A stretch of DNA of 64,000 bases from Candidatus Altiarchaeales archaeon (GTDB lineage: Archaea; Altiarchaeota; Altiarchaeia; IMC4; SCGC-AAA252-I15): assembly GCA_014727915.1 (NCBI GenBank), contig WJMO01000006.1:160001-224000 (forward strand), given 5' to 3'. The translations under genes were made by a program, and so were the position numbers. The notes under the pieces were generated by a model. That model did no database searches. It saw only the letters and a list, made by a program, of their open reading frames with translations, and was not told the origin of the DNA. Below are positions 37,880 through 47,675 of the stretch, piece by piece; the first letter of the stretch is position 1, and each line of letters begins with the position of its first letter.

Positions 37880-39952
37880 TTAGGTTATCATACTGATCAC
37901 TTTTTTGATTATTTTTTCTGCCGCTGGAGGTATTATTCTTTTGGGTGTTTTTTGGAGGCATTCTTTTGACATTGTGGTGTTTGTTATCTTATGACATAGT
38001 ACTCTATCTTTTTTATGTAATGCATTGTCCCAGTAGCATACGTTCCTGTTCCATTCGCCGTTGATTTTTTCGCATAGGGTGTGGTTTCGGAGTTCACGGC
38101 TTGTTTCCAGGTAACACCAGTCATTGTCTATTTCTGTTTGCTTAATCTTGTCGCATAATGAGTAGTTATTGTTTTTTATGGCGACGTTTCGGTAGCATTG
38201 GTCTTTTTCGCTTTGTTTTGCCATCTCATCGCATATTGTGATGTTGTTTGTTTTTTCGGCTATTTTTGTCTTGCACCCGAACCTCCAGTTTGGCGGTTCC
38301 ATGTTTGCACATATTGTGATGTTGGTTGTTCTTTCAGCAATATCTGATAAGCAACCGACCTTTGAGAAGGCATTTTTACATATGTCTGGATTGTTTGTCT
38401 TTTTAGAAATTTCCAATAAGCAATCGTTTCGTATTGATACGTTGAAAATATCAAAGCATATTGTGTGATTGTTATTCTCTATCGCTATCCTTTTAATGCA
38501 CCGATCTGTCTTGTCTTTGGTGGTTGCTATCCTGCATTGAGTTATGTTTTTTGTTCTTTCGGCCTGCCAGTCAAAGCATGATCTCACAATATCCACATTG
38601 TCTATTTCATGGCAGTCGAGTGTGCGGTTCAGCCATTCTTGTATTTTGCTGTAACACCATGTCGCATCATTTTCTTCAGTTATGTACTCGCAGGTTTTGC
38701 TGTTGTTTAATGATATCACTATCCGTTCATAGCAGTATTCCCTGTCCCATCGGTGGCTTATATTCTGGCACAAGGTTATGTTGTTTGAGTTCACGCTAAC
38801 GTCCTCGTAGCATTGACTCCTGTCATACCTGTCCTTGACTTTGTCGCATAGGCTGCTTTCGTTTAGGTTTTTTGCAAGTCCAGAATAGCAGGAGTCTACT
38901 TCCTCTTGCTCCACTATTAGGGTGCATAAACTAGTGTTTAACAGGTTGTATGCTGCATAATTGAAGCACCAGTCCCTGGTTTCAGTGTATGTGGGTTTGT
39001 TGCAGAGGTCAAGGTCTTTGAATCCATCATGAAGAATAAAGTAACCATAGCAACTGTTTCTTGTTCTATTGTCTAGGACTATCCTATCACATAATGACGA
39101 GTTTTTCGTAATTCTTGCGAGAGTGTCATAGCACCTAAACCCAGCCAATTCAATGTCTTGTATTTTGTTGCAGAGAATTGAGTTGTTTGTTAACCTGGCG
39201 TAGCATATGCTGCTGTAGTCGTTATCTCTGATTTTTTCGCAGAGTGAGAGATTATTGGCTTCGATGGCAGGGAGGAGATAACACATTCCTTGTATGCTGG
39301 AATTCTCGATCTTGTCGCAGATCGTGGTATTTTTTGGATAGTGGGAGTACAGGTAGCACCTGTCCCGTTTATTGTTGTCTAATATCTCGTCGCATATGAC
39401 GTATGTTCTTTTTTGGCTGCAATATCTGATGTAGCATTCATCCCGTTCAGCATGCTCGTTTATGTTGTTGCATATTCTGACATCATTTGTGTTCACTGCT
39501 ATATGGGAAATGCAGTTATTTTTTGACGTATTAAGGTAGTCGTTTTCGATGATTGTCCAGTTGGGCAGTTGCTTGCATAGGCCGATGTTGTTTGTCTTGT
39601 GTGCAATACCTTCTATACAATAGTCCTTTATTTCCTGGTTTTCAATAAGTGTGCACATGGACGAATCATTAAGTTCCTGTGCAACATGCCGGATACAATA
39701 TCCTCTCTTCCCGGAATCACTTACTTCCATGCATTTGCGCAAGCTTAAATCCTTTTTGCCCTCCTTGTAAAAGCATGCATCTCTCAGTTCTTCATGGGGT
39801 GTTACCCAACAGTATGATAAGCGGACTGTTAACTCCCTGGAAACGGTAGGTATCAGCCAGAGAATGCTGAATATCAGGACAGCCAATATTATCGATACTT
39901 GAATCCAGAGCTTCCAGCCCTTCATGCATTTGATTATTCGGCTATTTTTCAT
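37880..39952 (-). CDS. Membrane-anchored tandem Cys-pair helical repeat protein
   Basis: N-terminal TM, then over 20 units of about 26 aa, consensus RDxCYxxxAxxxxNxxxCxxI. Confidence 0.85.
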   Translation of the reverse strand: MKNSRIIKCMKGWKLWIQVSIILAVLIFSILWLIPTVSRELTVRLSYCWVTPHEELRDACFYKEGKKDLSLRKCMEVSDSGKRGYCIRHVAQELNDSSMCTLIENQEIKDYCIEGIAHKTNNIGLCKQLPNWTIIENDYLNTSKNNCISHIAVNTNDVRICNNINEHAERDECYIRYCSQKRTYVICDEILDNNKRDRCYLYSHYPKNTTICDKIENSSIQGMCYLLPAIEANNLSLCEKIRDNDYSSICYARLTNNSILCNKIQDIELAGFRCYDTLARITKNSSLCDRIVLDNRTRNSCYGYFILHDGFKDLDLCNKPTYTETRDWCFNYAAYNLLNTSLCTLIVEQEEVDSCYSGLAKNLNESSLCDKVKDRYDRSQCYEDVSVNSNNITLCQNISHRWDREYCYERIVISLNNSKTCEYITEENDATWCYSKIQEWLNRTLDCHEIDNVDIVRSCFDWQAERTKNITQCRIATTKDKTDRCIKRIAIENNNHTICFDIFNVSIRNDCLLEISKKTNNPDICKNAFSKVGCLSDIAERTTNITICANMEPPNWRFGCKTKIAEKTNNITICDEMAKQSEKDQCYRNVAIKNNNYSLCDKIKQTEIDNDWCYLETSRELRNHTLCEKINGEWNRNVCYWDNALHKKDRVLCHKITNTTMSKECLQKTPKRIIPPAAEKIIKKVISMIT

Positions 39953-40153
39953 TAGTGTTTATCCTTGCCTCCACAAGATTATTCGTTTTCATGATTTAAA
40001 CGGCTTGTCTTGTTTTTGGGCTTGTTGGCTGTACTTTTCGTTTTTGGAGGGGGTGAAATATACAGTTTTGTAAAGGCTTTTGTTGGCTTTTGTTTTTTGT
40101 TCTGGGTGTTTTCGCTGTACATGGCTGTACAGTCAACAGCGGTTTGGCTTTGT

Positions 40154-41740
40154 TTATTGTTTTGGGCGTGATTCATCCTCTGTTTGTTGTCCTGGGCTTG
40201 ATTCATCCCCTGTTGTGAAGTATGATTTTATCTTTTCTGTGACTCTTATGCGGGTGATTGTTTCTCCGTATGGTTCGTATTGTGGGCTGTTTTCGTAGTT
40301 TGTGAGTATGAAGAACCATCCGTCGTATTTTTGGAGTACGCTGTGTTTCAAGTCCAATTGTTTCTTGGTTTTGGCTGATTTGTCGGTTTCTATTTCTACA
40401 GCGATTTTTTCCCCTTCTTCTGTTGTGAAGACTATGTCCGGTTCTTTAGTCAGATTCTCGACGTATGTGGCGTTGTATTTTTGGAGTTCTTCGCAGATGA
40501 GGTATCGCAGTATGAAGTGTTCGTCGGATTCGACTGTCGTATTTTGCACGAGGTAGACAGATCCGCGGCCTCTGACGAATCCTGGGTCTCGGACTTCCTT
40601 GAAGCCTTCCCTGTGGAGGATGTCTATCTGGCCCGTGTCCAGGTCGGTTTTCAGGTGCACTTTGTTGTCTATGTCGAATCGCTTCTTGGGTGACGCAGGG
40701 ATTTCTTCTTGGGGTTTCTCCTCTGGCTTGTTTTTCCTTTCCAGGCGCACGAGGTCTGCGGGCTTGGTTGTGACGAACTCGTATTCCCGAGGCGATGCTA
40801 TGACTTTGAGGGGTATGTGGTTGTTGTAGGCCATTAGCAGGCCTTCGCCTGGCTGGGCGTTCATCAGTAGCATGGTTTCCCCGTAGTTGAGCTTGAAAGT
40901 CCGTGTTATGCTGTCTATTACTGACGGGTCTTGCCGTAGCAGCAGTTTCCATGCTGTGTTTGCGAGGACTGATTTCCCGGCACCGCTTGAGAGGAGGTCG
41001 TTGACTTCCTGGGTTATGATGATGAAGCTCAGGTTGTATTTCCTGCTGGTCTTGACTATCTCGAATATGCGTTCTGCTGCCTGAGGGTATTGGAGAAGCA
41101 GCCAGGCCTCGTCGATGACGAAGACTTTCCGTTTCATGTTGTCTTTCATCTTGTGCAGTATATATTCTAATATAGTGTACATCATGGCCGGCTTGGCGAG
41201 CTTCGGGACTTGGCTTACATCGAATGTGACCATGCGGTTGTCGAAGTCAAGCACTGTCTGCTTGTTGAGGAATTTCAGCGAGCCTTCTGTGAACATCCTC
41301 AGCCGGTTGGTCAATGCCATTGCCGAGGTTCTTGTGAAGTGGTTTTCATCTGACTCTTTGGCTTTTATGGCTGAGTAGAGTTCACTGAATGTGGGTGGTG
41401 TGTTTTTCCATGTGCTTTTTTCCTCGGTGATTCCCGCATCATAGTAGATTTTTCTGAATGCATCGTCCAGGAGAGCCCGCTGTGACGGCGAGATGTCCTC
41501 GATTATCGTGAACATCAGAGAGTGCAGTGACGCTATCTTGTCTGCATAGTCCATCCCCATCATGTCAAACGGGTTGATGACAGTGTCCGAGTCCTTGGAT
41601 ATCTTTATCGCCTGCCCCTTGTAGGCTTCCGTCAGCTTCGTGTATTCGCCCTGGGGATCGAGGTTGATTACGTTCGCATCCATCAGAAGCTGCCGTATCT
41701 CGAAGACTTTGACAAAGAAGCTCTTGCCAGCCCCCGAGGT
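40154..41740 (-). pseudogene. VirB4/TraG-like ATPase, N-terminally truncated, with C-terminal PD-(D/E)xK-like tail
   Basis: TSGAGKS, LDPQGEY, INPFD, IDEAW, RKYN....ITQ, GEGL; PDIVF...AVEIET; sequence before Walker A is the unrelated right-end repeat. Confidence 0.8.
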
Positions 41741-41916
41741 CGATGAAGCCCTTGGAGCGATAGAAAAGGAAGAGAAGGAAGCCAGTAAATTCTTCGTGCA
41801 GTTATTCAAGAACACGCAGTTCAGAAGTTGGCTAGAGAAGACGTTCACAGCCCCGAGGATTGAGGCGGGATTGAGTTTGCCCTTTTTTTCGGTTGTCGGT
41901 TTCGAAGCCCCAGGAG
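41741..41916 (+). repeat. Right-end repeat copy 2 (coding remnant plus att)
   Basis: DEALGAIEKEEKEASKFFVQLFKNTQFRSWLEKTF...FEAPG; 9-bp in-frame indel vs copy 1. Confidence 0.85.
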
Positions 41917-41979
41917 GGATTTGAACCCTCGACATGCAGATTACAAGTCTGCCGCTCTACCAGTCTGAGCCACTGAGGC
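41906..41979 (-). tRNA. tRNA-Thr(TGT)
   Basis: GCCTCAG/CTGGGGC acceptor, GCAGA-CTTGTAA-TCTGC anticodon arm, TTCAAAT T-loop. Confidence 0.97.
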
Positions 41980-42093
41980 GTGTGTTTTTTTATTGTTTTT
42001 CTCCTTAATGTGCGTGGCACCGTATGGTGGCACCCGCGGAGCGTGTGCACGGAGCTAGCCGTGTAGTCTGAGCCACTGAGGCGTGTGTTTTTT
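41962..42093. repeat. 29-bp direct repeat of tRNA-Thr 5' end plus leader
   Basis: AGTCTGAGCCACTGAGGCGTGTGTTTTTT at 41962 and 42065. Confidence 0.9.
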
Positions 42094-42185
42094 GGATGTC
42101 TAATATTTAGGGTGATTTTGGAATATAAGTGCTATTTTGGTTTTTACGGTTTTTTGGTAGGGTTTTGGGTGTCCTTGCCCCAGTA

Positions 42186-43187
42186 TTATCGCTGGTGTAG
42201 CAGGTATTCCCGCAGGATTTGGTCGTGTGCGAATTTGGGCTTGAGCATGTGGTTCATCATTATGTTGGTTTCCAGGGGTATTGAGCTGTAGCAGGTTGAG
42301 CATTTGAAGTCGGGGATTGAGTGGAATGATTGGGCTCCGTTTTTACCTGCGTTGCAGTCCTCCCGTCCGGCACATGATGCTAGGGTGTCGCAGCAGGGTG
42401 CAACATGGCCGGAGGGGTCTATCGCGCAGGATATGCGGCCGGCCCAGCATTTCTCCGCTGGCATCTTGTCGGGCCAGCAGTCTCTCATATGCTCCAGGTA
42501 TTTAGTTGATGATGCGACCGGCCGTACCTGCTTCTTAGCGTTTATCAATTGGGTGGTTGCTTCCCTCATCTGATCTGGTGTTGGGAAGTACATCTTTGAT
42601 TTGCCTTCAGTATCTTCTTTTTGCACCCGTATTGGCTGGAAGAAGACGCGGGTGCCATATGCTTCGGCGAATCCTAGCACATCATCCAATACGTTGATGT
42701 TGTGTTTTCCTATCACAGTCATTATGTTGTTCTGTATGTTGTTTGAGTCTAAAGCGTCCATTCCTTCAATTATCTTGTCGAAGCTTCCGGGTCTTGATTC
42801 CTCCTGGATCTTTCTGGGTCCGTCCAGGCTTATGGTGACCATGTCAATGTCTCGTAGGTCGTTTATGCGTTCTGCCACGAGGGTGCCGTTGGTGGCCAGT
42901 GACGTGATGAACCCCAGTTTACGGCCGTATGTTATGAGTTCTCCTAGGTCGTCCCTCATGAGCGCTTCTCCGCCGTTGAAGCTCCAAAAACGAGTGCCAG
43001 CTTCTCGGAAGGACTTCATCAAATCCATGACATCCTGTGTGCCGAGTTCGTTTGTGTCATAGTGTCTTGAGCAGTAGCTGCAGTCGAGGTTGCAATTGTA
43101 GGTTATCATATGGGTCACGCGCAACGGTATCTTGGAACCTGCTTTTACTTTCAGGACAGAGGGTATCGAAAGTGCGGTTTTGATCAT
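42186..43187 (-). CDS. Radical SAM protein with SPASM/twitch domain
   Basis: CNLDCSYC, GGEAL, TNG, SLDG, CWAG....IDPSG.VAPC. Confidence 0.9.
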   Translation of the reverse strand: MIKTALSIPSVLKVKAGSKIPLRVTHMITYNCNLDCSYCSRHYDTNELGTQDVMDLMKSFREAGTRFWSFNGGEALMRDDLGELITYGRKLGFITSLATNGTLVAERINDLRDIDMVTISLDGPRKIQEESRPGSFDKIIEGMDALDSNNIQNNIMTVIGKHNINVLDDVLGFAEAYGTRVFFQPIRVQKEDTEGKSKMYFPTPDQMREATTQLINAKKQVRPVASSTKYLEHMRDCWPDKMPAEKCWAGRISCAIDPSGHVAPCCDTLASCAGREDCNAGKNGAQSFHSIPDFKCSTCYSSIPLETNIMMNHMLKPKFAHDQILREYLLHQR

Positions 43188-44629
43188 TCATATCCCCCGT
43201 CAGGGAGCTTCGACTTGACTTCGAGGAGGTCGGGGTCCTGGAGCCTGTCGTAGAGGATGCTGTGTTCCTGTCTGCCCTGGACTATCTCGGAGGCTTGGAA
43301 GCCCATGAGCATGGCGTCATCCATGAAGATGTAGTCGAAGAGGCCCTGGCGCCCGCATGATATGAGATTCCCGTACTTTTTGAGGTGTTCGAGGAGGCCG
43401 TCCCTGTTCTGCCGGTAGGTCATAGAGTAGACGGGGTAGGATTGGATGGCGTCTGTGGTGTAGTAGTCGACGACATTATCCTCCAGGTCCAAGCCCATGT
43501 CCTTCAAGTCCACCATGCAACGTTCGAACAGCTTCTTATCGTCCATGGTCCATGTTTCATCGCCGACCGTGCAGGGTATCTCCAGCATCACGGACGTCTT
43601 ACCCTCGGGAGCGCTGTATCTGCTTCGCCTCTTCGGCTCCTGCAACCGGGTGGCCGCGTAGCCGCCGTCCTGGAGGTACCACCAGGTGTTGTCGCTGATG
43701 TCTTCGATACCGTCCAATGGTATGTTCATGAACCTTAGGGAGCGCAGCTTCAGGTCGTCGGCCATGGCCAGCACCTCCGCTGCCGGCTTGGGATGCATCA
43801 TCTTCACAAGATCGGGTAGTAGCAGTGTTGATATCAGCTTCTCGCATTCTATTTTTTTCTTCACCCCGTCGAGTTCATACTCCACGGAGGTGACGGTGTC
43901 ACCTTCCAGGTTCACCGCCGTTACCCTGGCGTTGTAGACTATCATGCCCCCCAGACGTTCGACTTCGGCGGCGAGCACGCGGAACATCTGCCCTATTCCC
44001 TCACGGGGGTAGAAGTATTTGAGCGCGTAGGTGCGGGGCTTGGACTTCCGCAACCCCAACACCCGCAGTATGACGTCGGATAGGTTCAAGAGCGATATCC
44101 TCTGGGACGCCCACTCGCTGGATATCTCCCTTGGGCTGACACCCCAGAGCTTCGTGGAATATGGTTCGAAGAATATCTGGTAGAGCCTCCGCCCGTACCT
44201 GTTGACCAGCCACTCCTCGAAGTTATCGTCGGGTTGGGGGTTCAACCGGTTCAACAGCCGGGACTTCACATAGCTGAGGAAGCAGGCGGAAGACAGGAGG
44301 GGGTTCATGTTCACTAGGAGGTCGCGGGCGTTCAACGGGTACTTGTAGTTCTTGCCCTGGAAGCGGATAACGCTCTTCCGGGTTGAGACCAGCAATTCCG
44401 AGCCCATGAGCTTCTGCACGCGGTCGATGAGCCCCTGGTCCCTGCTTATGAAGCGGTGGCCGCCCAGGTCGAACCTGTAATCGCCACGCTCTGAAGTCCG
44501 GCACAAACCCCCGGGCTCGCCGAGCACCTCCAGCACGGTCACCTTGTAGCCCTTCTCCAGCAGGTCCCACGCAGCGGACAAACCGCAGGAACCAGCCCCT
44601 AAGACCAGCACATCCCCTCTACCGTTCAT
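43184..44629 (-). CDS. FAD-dependent oxidoreductase (HemY/UDP-galactopyranose-mutase-like)
   Basis: GAGSCGL, GGLCRT, FDLGGHRF, FYP..G.G, YPVY, GRQGLF.Y..MD. Confidence 0.85.
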   Translation of the reverse strand: MNGRGDVLVLGAGSCGLSAAWDLLEKGYKVTVLEVLGEPGGLCRTSERGDYRFDLGGHRFISRDQGLIDRVQKLMGSELLVSTRKSVIRFQGKNYKYPLNARDLLVNMNPLLSSACFLSYVKSRLLNRLNPQPDDNFEEWLVNRYGRRLYQIFFEPYSTKLWGVSPREISSEWASQRISLLNLSDVILRVLGLRKSKPRTYALKYFYPREGIGQMFRVLAAEVERLGGMIVYNARVTAVNLEGDTVTSVEYELDGVKKKIECEKLISTLLLPDLVKMMHPKPAAEVLAMADDLKLRSLRFMNIPLDGIEDISDNTWWYLQDGGYAATRLQEPKRRSRYSAPEGKTSVMLEIPCTVGDETWTMDDKKLFERCMVDLKDMGLDLEDNVVDYYTTDAIQSYPVYSMTYRQNRDGLLEHLKKYGNLISCGRQGLFDYIFMDDAMLMGFQASEIVQGRQEHSILYDRLQDPDLLEVKSKLPDGGYE

Positions 44630-44657
44630 CTAAGGGATTAAGAAAACAGCATATAAA

Positions 44658-47624
44658 TTATACTACGACTTCTTTGGTTATCCAGACTCTTAGGCTGTTG
44701 CTGTCTATGTCTATGACGCCGAATTTGACCTCCCAGTATTCGGCGTTCTCCCAGAAGCTGACTTTGAACCTCTGGCTCTTGTCGTAGGGGTCCCATATGC
44801 GCACCCATGCGCCGTTGTAGCACTGGCGGTCCCAGACTATGCGGTCGAGTTTCAGCTTGAAAGACTGGTATTCTATTACATCCGTTGCGGTGAGGTTGAG
44901 TATGTCGTATTGTGGGGGCTTGGATGCGCAGGTCTTGCAGGGTCCGCCGCAGTCTATGCCGAGTTCTCCCTGGTTCTGGATGCAGTCGTAGCAGTTGCCC
45001 TGCCCTGGCAGGCCTCCCATGCAGTCGTCCTGTCCTTCGATGCACACCTCCCACTGGTCGCATACCTCGATAACCTCCACGGTATCCTTTACAGTGCAGT
45101 TGGCGGTGTACTCCCCCGGGTTCTCGCATATGTTCCGGGTGCAGTTCAGGGAGGGGTTGTTGGCGTGGTTGCAGTATGGTGCGCCGCACACGTCCACGCC
45201 GCAGTCCTCGTTCACCAGGCACATTGTGTCGTTTTCGTCGCATGGGGGGCAGGGTCCGCCGCAGTCCATCCACACCTCCCCCCTCTCATAGTCCCTAACG
45301 TCGTTTCGGCAGTGGTCTGGGTAGCATTCTCCAGCGTAGCAGTATTCGCTGTCCTCGCATGTTTTCACGAGGCGTGGGTTTACGGCCACTGACTTGCAGT
45401 ATGAGTCGGGAGTGCCGGGGTGTATGCAGGTGAACTTGACGTCTGGTGTTTTGACGAACCGGTCGTCGCAGAATGGCCGGTATGGTATGGGCTCCTCGCA
45501 CATGCTGGTGTTGTAGCATCTGACCTCCAATGTGGTGGTCGTGGTCGGGTTGGTGGGCAATGTCAGGGGCGGGAGGGTCGACTGGGTTGTCACTGTGGGT
45601 TTCAGCGTGGTTGTGGTCGGGCACATGCTCCTCTCCATGACCCATTTGCCGTCGTAGCACTGGTATAGGACTGCGGGCTTTGTGAATGACGCGAGTGCAG
45701 AGCTGACGTGGCCTTCCACGTAGGGGTACGCGAATAGTATGACCACCCCCCCGACCGCGATGAGTATGATGAAAACTACGCCTGCCATTACGAGCTTCAT
45801 AACAGGGGATTTTCCCCCGGGTTCTGTTTCTTCCGCAGGGGAGGGGAAGTCTTCCTTGTCTTTCTCGGTCTCCTCCAACGGTTCTAGGGTTGGCTTGGTT
45901 TTCTTCTTTTTCCCGAAGAACTGCTCCCTCAGGCCGCCCTCCTTCTTCGGTTTTGGCTGGGTGGGTGATTGCTCGCCCCCTGCAGGCGACCAGGTTATCT
46001 CCGATCCGCCAGCGGGTTCCCCCCCGGGAGGGCTTGTTCGGCCACCGGGCTTGGAGGGGGTTCCATCCGCTGTCCTGGGAGGGGATGGCTCTTCTTTGGA
46101 TGTTCCGGCATCAGCAGCATCCGACTCCCCTGTGGGGGGTGCCTTTGCCTGGGTGGTGGGAGCATGAGCTGGGGGGATGGGAGTCGGTGGAGTGGGAGGA
46201 ACTGCAGATTTTGCAGCCGGTGAAGGAGCCGGCGGTCTCTCCGGTGATTGGGCAACTGGGGGCTTACCAGCAGGCGAGGATTCAATAGGCTGCTTTTCAG
46301 GGGGGTATGGTGTGGCTGGCTTGAAGGTGGGGGGCTTTTGGATGTTGTCTGGCTTCACGCCTCGCATGTGAGGCGCTGTCATGTCTGTGGGGGAGGTTGA
46401 TGACGGGCCTGCAGTAGTAGGGGTGGATGGGGTTTTTGTGGGCGTTGTGGCGGGCCTTGGAGGTGTAGCAGGCTGCTGTTCCTGAACGGGTACAGGAGTC
46501 CTAGCGGCAGGCGAAGGCGGTGGTTGCCTTTCAGAGGAGGGAGGAGTAACCGGTTGGGGTGTTTTCTGAACCTGGGGTTGCGGTGGTGTAACAGGTTTTT
46601 GAGTTTGAGCCTGGGTTGATGGCGGCACATCGGTTTTTTGGAGTGTAGGCTGGGGACGAGCAGATTCAGAGGGCTTTTGAACTGGAGGAGTTGGAGGCCT
46701 GGCAGGAGGTGACTGTGGCTTTTCAGGGGTGGAATCCGAAGTTCCGGGGGTTTTAGGTGTTTGAGGGGGTGTACTTTCTGGTGTTCTGAATCCGGGGGGT
46801 TGATATGTTTCGGGAACGGGGTTGGGCTTTGTTTTTTCAGCTGTCCCTGCCGGAGGCTGGGCGGTAGTTGAGGGTTTATCAGGGGCTGCTGGCGCAGTCT
46901 GCTTAGCAGCCGGTGAAGTGGGTGCGGGCGGCTTCTGAGCCTCTGGCGTTTGAGTAGCAGGCTGCCTGGCCGGCGTCTGCGGTGCCTTGGCTGTTGTTTT
47001 AGGCTCTTCACGGCGGGGAAACCCCGGCCTTGAAGGCTTAGATAGGGGCGTCTCAGCTTGTTTCTGAACCGGGGAGACAGGTTCTAACCCGGCAGTCTTC
47101 TGAGCCGGCGAGGCTGGAGGCCTGGCAGGGGGCGTAGTAGACCTGGCAGATGTGGGTTGATCTGGCTCTTCTTGAGTAGACGAGGGCGGAACCGGCTTCT
47201 CAGGCACTGTAGGAGTCTGAGGCTTAGCGGCTGGTGAGGTAGTAGCTGTTACTGGAGGCTTCTGAGCCTGAGGTTGTGTGGGCGCTGCCGGTTTTTGAGT
47301 TTGAGTTCCGGGCGGGGTGGGAGTAGGTGGTTGGACCGGCTTCTGAGCTGGGGGAGTAGCAGGAGCCGAAGGCACAGTCGGCTTCTGAACTGGAGGAGCA
47401 GAGGGACTAGCGGGTGCAGAGGGCGAAGGTGGTTTCTGGGCTTGCGGAGCGGGGGTAGAGGGTGTTTTTTCCGGGGTTGTGGGTGTTGGGTGATCGGTCT
47501 TCTCCGCCTCGGCATCCTGTTGGATCTTATGGCGCTCCCGTTCTTTTCTCAGTTCCTCCTTAAGCTTGTCGAGTTCGGCCTGGTCTATGTCTTCAGAGCC
47601 ATCGTCATCGGGCATGGTAAACAA
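44658..47624 (-). CDS. Single-pass membrane protein with very long Pro/Thr-rich N-terminus and Cys-rich C-terminus
   Basis: About 600 aa low complexity, one TM, two DCGGPC motifs. Confidence 0.8.
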   Translation of the reverse strand: MFTMPDDDGSEDIDQAELDKLKEELRKERERHKIQQDAEAEKTDHPTPTTPEKTPSTPAPQAQKPPSPSAPASPSAPPVQKPTVPSAPATPPAQKPVQPPTPTPPGTQTQKPAAPTQPQAQKPPVTATTSPAAKPQTPTVPEKPVPPSSTQEEPDQPTSARSTTPPARPPASPAQKTAGLEPVSPVQKQAETPLSKPSRPGFPRREEPKTTAKAPQTPARQPATQTPEAQKPPAPTSPAAKQTAPAAPDKPSTTAQPPAGTAEKTKPNPVPETYQPPGFRTPESTPPQTPKTPGTSDSTPEKPQSPPARPPTPPVQKPSESARPQPTLQKTDVPPSTQAQTQKPVTPPQPQVQKTPQPVTPPSSERQPPPSPAARTPVPVQEQQPATPPRPATTPTKTPSTPTTAGPSSTSPTDMTAPHMRGVKPDNIQKPPTFKPATPYPPEKQPIESSPAGKPPVAQSPERPPAPSPAAKSAVPPTPPTPIPPAHAPTTQAKAPPTGESDAADAGTSKEEPSPPRTADGTPSKPGGRTSPPGGEPAGGSEITWSPAGGEQSPTQPKPKKEGGLREQFFGKKKKTKPTLEPLEETEKDKEDFPSPAEETEPGGKSPVMKLVMAGVVFIILIAVGGVVILFAYPYVEGHVSSALASFTKPAVLYQCYDGKWVMERSMCPTTTTLKPTVTTQSTLPPLTLPTNPTTTTTLEVRCYNTSMCEEPIPYRPFCDDRFVKTPDVKFTCIHPGTPDSYCKSVAVNPRLVKTCEDSEYCYAGECYPDHCRNDVRDYERGEVWMDCGGPCPPCDENDTMCLVNEDCGVDVCGAPYCNHANNPSLNCTRNICENPGEYTANCTVKDTVEVIEVCDQWEVCIEGQDDCMGGLPGQGNCYDCIQNQGELGIDCGGPCKTCASKPPQYDILNLTATDVIEYQSFKLKLDRIVWDRQCYNGAWVRIWDPYDKSQRFKVSFWENAEYWEVKFGVIDIDSNSLRVWITKEVVV

Positions 47625-47675
47625 TGAGAATAAAAACTAAAAAGCCGTTTTAACAGCATGGTTTGAATACATACC

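Larger units (their letters stand above)
28884..41916. mobile_element. 13-kb decayed integrative/conjugative-type element B at tRNA-Thr 3' end
   Basis: 11-bp direct repeat AGCCCCAGGAG at 28884 and 41906; visibly AT-richer than flanks; truncated VirB4; no intact integrase. Confidence 0.8.

Noticed and set aside
40153-40212. Imperfect 30-bp tandem repeat at the VirB4 3' end
   Set aside because: Two copies in low-complexity sequence; likely slippage
41741-41935. N-terminal 65 aa of the 593-aa ORF
   Set aside because: Starts inside tRNA-Thr and reads the antisense of the right-end repeat; not part of VirB4
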